The notes beneath the pieces are model-generated. The model was not told the DNA's origin and made no database searches. It saw nothing but the letters and a program-made list of their open reading frames with translations. DNA of 38,502 nucleotides from an uncultured Hyphomonadaceae bacterium (GTDB lineage Bacteria > Pseudomonadota > Alphaproteobacteria > Caulobacterales > Hyphomonadaceae). Location of the stretch: positions 1-38,502 of the forward strand of contig CAZXWB010000001.1 in assembly GCA_964644395.1 (NCBI GenBank), written 5' to 3'. A program made the translations under genes and the position numbers. Below are positions 9,382 through 16,752 of this stretch, in pieces (position 1 is the first letter of the stretch; every line of letters starts with the position of its first letter).

Positions 9382-10655
9382 TCCGCAGCATCCTTCTTTC
9401 CAGCACCGCGCTCCTGATGGCGACCGCTGCGGCGGCCCAAGACTATGCCATCGCCAACGCAAAACTCTGGACCGGCACTGACGCCGGTACGATCGAGAAC
9501 GCCACGTTGATCGTTCGTGACGGCCGCATCACCGATATCGGCGAAGACCTGCCGATCCCGAGTGCGGGCATCACCACCTTCGACGCCGGGGGGCGCTGGG
9601 TCACCCCGGGCATCATCTCGGCCTTCTCGCGCACCGGGCTGGTCGAGGTGGGCGCCGAGGATTCCACCGATGACCGCTCTGCCGGTGGCAGCGGCTACAA
9701 TGCCGCGCTGAAGGCGGCCTACGGCTTCAATCCCGATGCATCCTCCATCGGCGCCACACGAATCGAGGGCGTGACCCGCCTGATTGTCGGCCCGAGCGCC
9801 AGCGATTCGGTCTTTGGCGGCCAGGGCTTTGTCGCCTCCACCGACGGCGACGCCGGCAGCATCACCGATGAGGCCGCCTTCATGTATGTGGAACTCGGTC
9901 GATCGGGTGCCAATCGTGCCGGTGGCAACCGGGCCGCGGCCTGGACCTATTTCACCGCAGCCCTGTCGGATGCGCGCACCTTCCCGGCCCGCTTCATCTC
10001 CCACAATGACGGCGATGCAGTGTCGCGCGTGGATGCCCGTGCGCTGGGCGCAGCGGCGAAGGGCGAGCAGAAAATGGTCATCCGCGCCGACCGGGCAAGC
10101 GACCTGCGCCTGATCATGAGCTTCGCGGAACAAAACCCCGAACTCGACATCGTGATCCTCGGTGCCGCCGAGGCCTGGCGCGTGGCCGACGATCTCGCTG
10201 CGGCCGGTATTCCGGTGATCATCGACCCCGTCCTGAACCTGCCGGGCAGCTTTGACGGCCTCGCCACCACCATGCAGAACGCCGCCCGCCTCGAGGAGGC
10301 CGACGTGCAGGTGGCCTATTACCATTCCGAGTTCGATTACAATCAGGCCCGCCTCGTGCTCCAGATCGGCGGCAATGCCGTGGCCAACGGCGTGGATTTT
10401 GACGCCGCCATGGCCGCCCTCACGGTCAATCCGGCAGACATGTTCGGCCTGGAGGATCACGGCCGCCTGGCCGAGGGCGCCGTGGGTGACGTGGTCGTCT
10501 GGGATGGTGACCCCCTTGAGGTGACCGCCGCGCCGGTACTGGTCCTCATCGACGGCGAGGAACAGTCCCTGGAGAGCCGCCAGACCCGATTGCGCGACCG
10601 TTACCTCGACCTTGAACGCGGCGACTTGCCACCGGCCTACAGGGTTCCGGAATAA
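9378..10655 (+). CDS. Exported amidohydrolase-like paralogue lacking the metal-binding histidines (probable non-catalytic subunit)
   Basis: 425 aa. The start overlaps the upstream stop (ATGA at 9378-9381). The Sec signal peptide ends AAAAQD. It aligns with the upstream protein (GRWVTPGII, GAVGDVVVWDGDP) but has SAFSR where the partner has DNHSH. Confidence 0.8.
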   Translation: MIRSILLSSTALLMATAAAAQDYAIANAKLWTGTDAGTIENATLIVRDGRITDIGEDLPIPSAGITTFDAGGRWVTPGIISAFSRTGLVEVGAEDSTDDRSAGGSGYNAALKAAYGFNPDASSIGATRIEGVTRLIVGPSASDSVFGGQGFVASTDGDAGSITDEAAFMYVELGRSGANRAGGNRAAAWTYFTAALSDARTFPARFISHNDGDAVSRVDARALGAAAKGEQKMVIRADRASDLRLIMSFAEQNPELDIVILGAAEAWRVADDLAAAGIPVIIDPVLNLPGSFDGLATTMQNAARLEEADVQVAYYHSEFDYNQARLVLQIGGNAVANGVDFDAAMAALTVNPADMFGLEDHGRLAEGAVGDVVVWDGDPLEVTAAPVLVLIDGEEQSLESRQTRLRDRYLDLERGDLPPAYRVPE

Positions 10656-10755
10656 AGGGTTCGACGATTTGACCGTTTGACTCCGTGAGCGCCATCCATA
10701 TGTTGCGCCGCAAACGCCCCGTGCCCGCGCACGGGCCCAGCCGATTCGAGCCTCC

Positions 10756-12195
10756 ATGTCGTTCAAAGACCTCGGCCTGAGCCCCACTCTGCTCGCTGCC
10801 ATCGAAGCCGCCGGATATACCGAGCCGACTCCGATCCAGGCCAAGGCGATCCCGCAGGTGATTCTCGGGTCTGACATTACAGGAATTGCCCAGACCGGAA
10901 CCGGGAAGACCGCCGCCTTCGTCCTGCCAATGATCGACCGGCTAGCGCGTGGCCGGGCGCGGGCGCGCATGCCACGCTCGCTGATTCTTGCCCCCACGCG
11001 AGAGCTTGCCGCCCAGGTCGCAGAGAATTTCGAGAAGTACGGCGTCAATCACAAGTTGACCATGGCGCTCCTTATCGGCGGTGTCTCCTTCAATGAGCAG
11101 GACCGCCTTCTGATGAAGGGGGTTGACGTCCTGATCGCCACGCCGGGACGCCTGATCGACCAGTTCGAACGCGGCAAGATCCTCCTGACCGGCGTGGAGC
11201 TGGTCTGCATCGATGAAGCCGACCGCATGCTCGACATGGGTTTCATTCCCGATATCGAGAAGATCATCTCGCTGCTGCCGCCGCGCCGCCAGACGCTGCT
11301 CTTCTCTGCGACCATGCCGCCGGAGATCACGCGGCTGGCAAAGGATTTCCAGACCGACCCTGTGAGAATCGAGGTCGCACGACCGGCCCAGACGGCCGAA
11401 CTGATCAAGCAATTTGTGGTCAAGATCGACACCAAGGATGACAAGGCCCGCCGCCACGCGCTGCGCCGTATCCTTCAATCCGCCGACATAAAGAACGGCA
11501 TCGTGTTCTGCAATCGCAAGCGCGAGGTCGACGTGGTGACGAAGTCGCTGTCCAAGCACGGTTTCGATGCCGCCGCGATCCATGGCGACCTTGCCCAAGC
11601 CTACCGTACACAGACGCTCGATTCCTTTCGCGACGGCAAACTGAAATTGCTGGTGGCCTCTGATGTCGCCGCGCGCGGGCTGGATATTCCCGAGGTAAGC
11701 CACGTCTTCAATTTCTCCCCGCCCCCGAAGCAGGACGATTATGTCCACCGCATCGGCCGCACGGGCCGCGCGGGACGCAAGGGCGAAAGCTACACCATTG
11801 TCGGCCCGGAAGATGCCAAGAGCTGGGACCAGATCCTGAAGATGATCGGCAAGGATGTGGAGGAATTCACGCCCGAGGGACTGGCCGAGGAACTGAAGGA
11901 CCTGCCGGCTGACAGCGGTGGCCGCTCGCGCAGCCGGCGTGGGTCGAAATCTTCCGGCAGCGGAAAGGACCCCTCGGGTGGCGAAAAGTCCTTATCCGGC
12001 CATTTACCCGGCAAGTCATCCGGCAGGTCCTCTGGCAAATCGGAGCCGCCCGGCCGGGCCGAGAAAGACGAAAAGCCTCAGCGCGAACGCAAGGGGCGTT
12101 CGCGCGGGCGCAAGAATGATGACGAGCTGGAGCCTGCAACTGCGGACAAGGTCGTGGGTATGGGCGAGCACGTGCCCGATTTCCTGAAACGCTGA
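10756..12195 (+). CDS. rhlE: DEAD-box ATP-dependent RNA helicase (RhlE-like)
   Basis: 479 aa. Motifs present are a Q-motif region, motif I AQTGTGKT, motif II DEAD (CIDEADRMLDMGF), SAT and HRIGRTGRAG. A basic Ser/Gly/Arg-rich C-terminal tail of about 100 aa follows. Confidence 0.92.
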   Translation: MSFKDLGLSPTLLAAIEAAGYTEPTPIQAKAIPQVILGSDITGIAQTGTGKTAAFVLPMIDRLARGRARARMPRSLILAPTRELAAQVAENFEKYGVNHKLTMALLIGGVSFNEQDRLLMKGVDVLIATPGRLIDQFERGKILLTGVELVCIDEADRMLDMGFIPDIEKIISLLPPRRQTLLFSATMPPEITRLAKDFQTDPVRIEVARPAQTAELIKQFVVKIDTKDDKARRHALRRILQSADIKNGIVFCNRKREVDVVTKSLSKHGFDAAAIHGDLAQAYRTQTLDSFRDGKLKLLVASDVAARGLDIPEVSHVFNFSPPPKQDDYVHRIGRTGRAGRKGESYTIVGPEDAKSWDQILKMIGKDVEEFTPEGLAEELKDLPADSGGRSRSRRGSKSSGSGKDPSGGEKSLSGHLPGKSSGRSSGKSEPPGRAEKDEKPQRERKGRSRGRKNDDELEPATADKVVGMGEHVPDFLKR

Positions 12196-12199
12196 CACC

Positions 12200-12979
12200 A
12201 TGCGCGTGGCCACCTGGAACGTGAATTCCATCAAGGCGCGATTGCCCATGGTGCTGGAAGTCCTCCGGGACATTTCCTGCGACGTGGTCTGCCTTCAGGA
12301 GATCAAGTGCGAGACCGACGCGTTCCCCTATCTGGAGGTTGAGGAACTCGGCTATAATTGCGCCGTGCACGGGCAGAAGAGCTATAATGGCGTGGCCCTG
12401 CTCTCGAGGTTTCCCATCGAGGACATCGGGAAAGGCCTGCCCGGAAACTGTGATGACCACCAGGCGCGCTATATCGAAGCCCTGGTCATGTCTGACCGGC
12501 CGGTGCGTGTCGGCGGGCTGTACCTGCCGAACGGAAATCCGGCGCCGGGCGACAAGTTCGACTACAAGCTGGGCTGGATGAAGCACCTGGCCGAGCATGC
12601 GAAAACCCTGCTCTCGCAGGAAGAGGCCTTCGTGCTGTGTGGCGATTACAATTGCATTCCCGGCGACATCGACTGCTGGGACATGGATGTCTGGCGCGAG
12701 GACGCGCTGGCCCGGCCGGAGACCCGCGAAGCCTTCCAGTCGCTGCTCAATCTCGGCCTGACGGAGGCCTTTGCCGCCCATGACGGGCGTGCCCACCAGT
12801 ACACCTTCTGGGATTACCAGGGCGGGGCGTGGAAGAAGGACCACGGGATCCGGATCGATCACCACCTCCTCAGCCCCCAGGCGGCGGACCGGCTGTTCGG
12901 TGTGCAAATCTACAAGGACGCACGGGCGCAGGAAAAGCCCTCAGACCATGTCCCGGTGATCGTCGAACTCACCGATTGA
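12200..12979 (+). CDS. xthA: Exodeoxyribonuclease III (AP endonuclease)
   Basis: 259 aa with the EEP-fold pattern MRVATWNVNSIKARL...CLQEIK...GDYN...SDHVPVIVEL. Confidence 0.92.
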   Translation: MRVATWNVNSIKARLPMVLEVLRDISCDVVCLQEIKCETDAFPYLEVEELGYNCAVHGQKSYNGVALLSRFPIEDIGKGLPGNCDDHQARYIEALVMSDRPVRVGGLYLPNGNPAPGDKFDYKLGWMKHLAEHAKTLLSQEEAFVLCGDYNCIPGDIDCWDMDVWREDALARPETREAFQSLLNLGLTEAFAAHDGRAHQYTFWDYQGGAWKKDHGIRIDHHLLSPQAADRLFGVQIYKDARAQEKPSDHVPVIVELTD

Positions 12980-13004
12980 CCCCGAAACAAACGCGCTCCC
13001 GGCT

Positions 13005-13382
13005 CTACTGGCCCGATACGCAGGTCCGATTATACCAGTCAACGCGATTATTGAACGCCTCGGCCTGCTGCTGCAGCTGCAGGTTCAATTCAGCGACCTC
13101 GGCACGCTTGCGATCGAAAGCCACGCGCTTGGCCTGCGCCTTACGCTTGTAGTCCCCACTCAGCGCGGACAGCTCCTGGGCGTCTTCATAAGCGTCGCCG
13201 GCGGCTTCGGCCTCGGCTTTCAGGCGCAACAGCGTTTCCTGGCGCTCGGCAAGCCGGGCCTGCTGCTCAGGCAGCACGGCAGCCGTCTGTGCACAGCGCT
13301 CGGCCTGATCCTCGGAGAAGGCGTGGACCTTGGTCGCCATGGGACCGGCAATCAGGCATGCGGCGAGTAGGGTTCTGAGCAT
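13005..13382 (-). CDS. Small secreted coiled-coil protein, unknown function
   Basis: I take the internal ATG at 13382, preceded by GAGGAGG 8 nt upstream; the ORF track version to 13601 has no support. The signal peptide is MLRTLLAACLIAGPMATKVHA. The mature part is about 104 aa and Ala/Glu/Gln/Arg-rich, with one Cys near each end. Confidence 0.55.
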   Translation of the reverse strand: MLRTLLAACLIAGPMATKVHAFSEDQAERCAQTAAVLPEQQARLAERQETLLRLKAEAEAAGDAYEDAQELSALSGDYKRKAQAKRVAFDRKRAEVAELNLQLQQQAEAFNNRVDWYNRTCVSGQ

Positions 13383-13992
13383 GGGACGGGCCTCCTCAGG
13401 CATTGCTGGCGAACTCTCACAATGACATTTATCACCACGGCGATGAAGGGTGACTGAACGCTTCCGCCGTGATGCGGCCACTATCAATACGCGTTCCCCC
13501 CGGCGGACATGCATCGTCAAGCGAGGTTCGCGTATCCACTTATTTATACTTGGCAAGCGCTTGATGATGCGGCATGACGGTTTTTGTGACGCTCGCGTCA
13601 CAGAAGCGTCATACTGAGGTCAGGCACTGGCGAAGGACGCATGTGCCTATGGTCTCAGCGATACAAGCCTGTTCAGACGGGTCGATTTGGGTACGCGGCG
13701 AGACAGGCGTCAAAATTTTCGTCACAAGGGGTGACGGAGCGTTTTAAATTGGGGGACAGTTTCCATGCGGCAATTGATTGACACCTATTTTCTTGCGAAT
13801 GCAGACAAGCGAAGTACTGACAGTTTCATCTGCAACTGATATGCACTCGACTGTTTCCTTCCGCTCAGCGATGTGGCATCAGCCCGGCCTTCGGTATCGT
13901 GGATACTCACACTCTGGACAGACAGGCTCTTTCGGCGTAAAATCAATCTGCGCTCGCTCACTTCTCTCGAGGCGCAGGGAATGAAACTCAAC

Positions 13993-14595
13993 ATGGAGAA
14001 GACGATGAGTGAACCAGCAACGCCCCGCAAGCGGGCAAGAAATGCCAAGCCAAAGATCGAACGCGCAGCGCTCAAGCTGTTTGTGGGCGAAGGCGTGGAC
14101 GCCGCGACGACGCGCGAAATTGCCGAGGAAGCCGGTGTCTCGGAAGGTGCACTCTACCGGCACTACAAGGGCAAGGACGAACTCGCCGAATCCCTCTTCA
14201 TGGAGACCCATAACCGGCTTGGCGACATGCTGATCGAGGCATCCGAAAAGGGCGATACGGTCGAGGGCAAGGTTCGCGGCATGGTCGAGGCCTATTGCGA
14301 ACTCGCCGACGAAGACTTCCTGCTCTTTTCTTTCCACCTGCTCAACATGCACCGTTTCCTTCCGAACGACACCCGTCGCGAGGACGACCCGCTGACGCTG
14401 ACGGAAAAGGTCATCGCAGGCATGATCAGGGATAAGATGATTCCCGATGGCGACCCTGCTCTGCTCGCTGGCATGGCCCTCGGTGTTGTCATGCAATCGG
14501 GCCAGAACAAGGCCTATAATCGCCTGCCAGGGGACTTTTCCCAGCACATCGATGCCTTCACCAAGGCCATCGTGGCGATCCTGAAGGAGCGCTGA
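13993..14595 (+). CDS. TetR/AcrR-family transcriptional regulator
   Basis: The HTH region is ERAALKLFVGEGVDAATTREIAEEAGVSEGALYRHYKGKDEL. The start is ambiguous among ATG 13981, 13993 and 14005 (14005 has GGAGAA upstream). The ORF track start at 13873 is unlikely. Confidence 0.85.
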   Translation: MEKTMSEPATPRKRARNAKPKIERAALKLFVGEGVDAATTREIAEEAGVSEGALYRHYKGKDELAESLFMETHNRLGDMLIEASEKGDTVEGKVRGMVEAYCELADEDFLLFSFHLLNMHRFLPNDTRREDDPLTLTEKVIAGMIRDKMIPDGDPALLAGMALGVVMQSGQNKAYNRLPGDFSQHIDAFTKAIVAILKER

Positions 14596-14624
14596 GGCGC
14601 AAAGGCTGAAGCAATTTCCGTCAA

Positions 14625-14644
14625 GGCCCGGCACCCGCCGGGCC
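14625..14644. terminator. GC-rich hairpin between the convergent TetR gene and sufA (possible bidirectional terminator)
   Basis: GGCCCGGC-ACCC-GCCGGGCC forms an 8-bp stem. There is no clear U-tract on either strand. Confidence 0.3.
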
Positions 14645-14652
14645 GACGCGGC

Positions 14653-15015
14653 TCAGGCTTCCGCGGCCACTGGCACGATCGAGACACTTTCTCCGCAGCC
14701 ACAGGCGTCGGTTTCGTTAGGATTGCGGAATACAAACTTCTCGTGGAGCGGCGTCACTTCGTAATCGACAACGGAGCCGAGCAGGAAAAGCACCGCCTTG
14801 GCGTCGACCACGATGGTCACGCCATTGTCCTCGACCACCTCGTCCAGCGCCTCGGGCGCCTCGGCATAGTCCATGACATATTCCATGCCGGCACAGCCAC
14901 CATTGGTGACGCCGACACGCAGGTACCCCTTGCCCTTTTCCTCCATGATCTCGCGAACACGCGCAGCGGCATTGTCGGACAGGGAAACGATTTTCGGTCT
15001 CGGTCTACGGGCCAT
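14653..15015 (-). CDS. sufA: A-type iron-sulfur cluster carrier (SufA/IscA, HesB family)
   Basis: 120 aa with GGCAGMEY and the C-terminal CGCGES cysteine motif. Confidence 0.9.
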   Translation of the reverse strand: MARRPRPKIVSLSDNAAARVREIMEEKGKGYLRVGVTNGGCAGMEYVMDYAEAPEALDEVVEDNGVTIVVDAKAVLFLLGSVVDYEVTPLHEKFVFRNPNETDACGCGESVSIVPVAAEA

Positions 15016-15044
15016 GATCCATAAATGGGCGCTCGACGCCCCTC

Positions 15045-15446
15045 CTACAACATGTTCAGCGCCAGGCGTGCCTCGTCGGACATGCGCGAGGGGTCCCAGG
15101 GCGGCTCGAAGGTGAGGCGCACCTCGACGTCGTCAACGCCGTCCACGGTGCGCGCGGCATTTTCCACCCAGCCCGGCATGTCCCCGGCCACGGGGCAGCC
15201 TGGCGCGGTGAGCGTCATCTCGATGTCGGCCTTGCGATTGTCGTCGAAATCCACCTTGTAGATCAGGCCGAGTTCGTAGATGTCGACCGGGATTTCCGGG
15301 TCGAACACTGTCTTGAAGGCCGCGATCAGGTCGCCAGTGATACGGTCGAGTTCCTCGGCCGGGATTTTTGACGGCGCGACCGCGCCGGTCTCGTCCTCGG
15401 TCTCGGAAGCATCAATGATCTCGCGGGGGGTCATGTCATCTGCCAT
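15045..15446 (-). CDS. sufT: SUF-system Fe-S assembly protein, DUF59/MIP18 family (SufT-like)
   Basis: 133 aa with the DUF59 core VFDPEIPVDIYELGLIY...MTLTAPGCP. Its position between sufS and sufA supports the call. Confidence 0.85.
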   Translation of the reverse strand: MADDMTPREIIDASETEDETGAVAPSKIPAEELDRITGDLIAAFKTVFDPEIPVDIYELGLIYKVDFDDNRKADIEMTLTAPGCPVAGDMPGWVENAARTVDGVDDVEVRLTFEPPWDPSRMSDEARLALNML

Positions 15447-15453
15447 GGGTCAC

Positions 15454-16686
15454 CTATAACAGCATTCTGGCGGCTTTGCCGAGGGCTTCGGCGAAAGCAT
15501 CTACTTCAGCTTCGCAATTGTAAATCCCGAAGCTTGCCCGGGCGGTGGCACTGACTCCCAGATGGGACATCAATGGCTGAGCGCAATGGTGTCCCGCACG
15601 AATGGCGACACCGTACTTGTCGACGATCTGGGCAAGGTCATGGGGGTGGGCGCCTTGCATGGAAAAGCTGAGCACCGCGCCCTTCCCCTCTGCCTCGCCA
15701 TGGACACTCAGGCCATTGATCTCCCTGACCGCTTCGCGCGCCCGGTGATAGAGCGCGTCTTCATGGCGGCAGACCGATTCGCGGTCGAAGGCGGAAAACC
15801 AGTCAATCGCCGCGCCGAGGCCGATCACTTCGATGATCGGCGGTGTCCCAGCCTCGAAGCGGTGGGGCGCGGCGTTGTAGGTGACCTCGTCTGTCGCCAC
15901 GGTCTCGATCATTTCGCCGCCTCCCTGGTAGGGTCGCATGCCGCCCAGCTTGTCCGCCTTACCGTACAGCACGCCGATCCCCGTGGGCCCGTAGATCTTG
16001 TGGCCCGAAAAGACATAGTAATCACAGCCCAGCGCCTGGACATCGACATCAAGATGGACCGCCGACTGGCAACCATCGAGGAGCAGTTCCGCACCCGCGG
16101 CATGGGCGAGTTCCGCAATCCGGCGGGCATCGGTCACGGTGCCGAGGACATTGGACATGTGCGTCAGCGCGACCATGCGGGTCCGCGGCCCGATCGCCGC
16201 TTCGAGGGCGGCCATGTCCAGCGCGCCATCCTCGGTCAAGCCGACCCATTTCAGGACCGCACCATGGCGTTCGCGCAGGAAATGCCACGGCACGATATTG
16301 GAATGGTGCTCCATGATGGAGAGGACGATCTCATCACCCGGACCGATCGTCTCCGCCAGTCCGGCCGCGACCAGATTGATGGCCTCGGTCGCGCCCTTGG
16401 TGAAGACGATCTCGTCGACGGACGCCGCATTCAGGAACCCGCGCACGGTCTCCCGCGCGGCCTCGAAGGCTTCGGTTGTCTCATTCGCCAGTGTGTGGAG
16501 GCCGCGATGAACATTGGCATAGGCCGTGCGCATCTGGCCGGCCATGGCATCGATCACCGCGTCCGGCTTCTGGGCGCTCGCGGCATTGTCGAGATAGGCC
16601 AAGGGCTTTCCGTTCACCTCGCGGGCGAGGATCGGAAATTCGGCGCGGATGGTGTCGACGTCAAACGGCCTGGTCATGATCGCCAT
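15454..16686 (-). CDS. sufS: Cysteine desulfurase, SufS type (group II)
   Basis: 410 aa with the PLP-lysine region FSGHKIYGPTGIG and the catalytic Cys loop RAGHHCAQPL. Confidence 0.95.
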   Translation of the reverse strand: MAIMTRPFDVDTIRAEFPILAREVNGKPLAYLDNAASAQKPDAVIDAMAGQMRTAYANVHRGLHTLANETTEAFEAARETVRGFLNAASVDEIVFTKGATEAINLVAAGLAETIGPGDEIVLSIMEHHSNIVPWHFLRERHGAVLKWVGLTEDGALDMAALEAAIGPRTRMVALTHMSNVLGTVTDARRIAELAHAAGAELLLDGCQSAVHLDVDVQALGCDYYVFSGHKIYGPTGIGVLYGKADKLGGMRPYQGGGEMIETVATDEVTYNAAPHRFEAGTPPIIEVIGLGAAIDWFSAFDRESVCRHEDALYHRAREAVREINGLSVHGEAEGKGAVLSFSMQGAHPHDLAQIVDKYGVAIRAGHHCAQPLMSHLGVSATARASFGIYNCEAEVDAFAEALGKAARMLL

Positions 16687-16752
16687 ATATGCTCAGACTG
16701 GACAAAAATCACCGGCCATTCCGTCGCGCCACCGGAGTCGCGGCCCGCTGCA

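Noticed and set aside
9261-11048. A very long ORF (595 aa) antisense to the second amidohydrolase and the helicase. Similar cases are 15562-17541 (659 aa), 17210-19042 (610 aa), 36744-37964 (406 aa), 93-1292 and 21698-22495.
   Set aside because: Each lies opposite a gene with strong, recognisable homology. Their translations are Arg/Ala/Gly/Pro-rich low-complexity strings with no motifs. Such stop-free antisense frames are expected in GC-rich DNA.
13440-13500. GGAAC and CGTT elements upstream of the small secreted-protein gene, which might form an EcfG-type general-stress promoter.
   Set aside because: The spacing between GGAAC and the nearest CGTT on the correct strand is about 32 nt, not the 16-17 nt the consensus requires.
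13765-13839. A 24-codon small ORF with a GGGGGA Shine-Dalgarno-like sequence in the long intergenic region.
   Set aside because: It is too short to evaluate by composition and has no recognisable peptide features. I mention it under the intergenic finding but do not call it as a gene.
13993-14595. The TetR gene as a regulator of the adjacent suf genes.
   Set aside because: It is convergent with the last suf gene (sufA) and separated from it by a hairpin. TetR regulators usually act on divergent or co-directional neighbours, so the leftward intergenic region is the more likely target.
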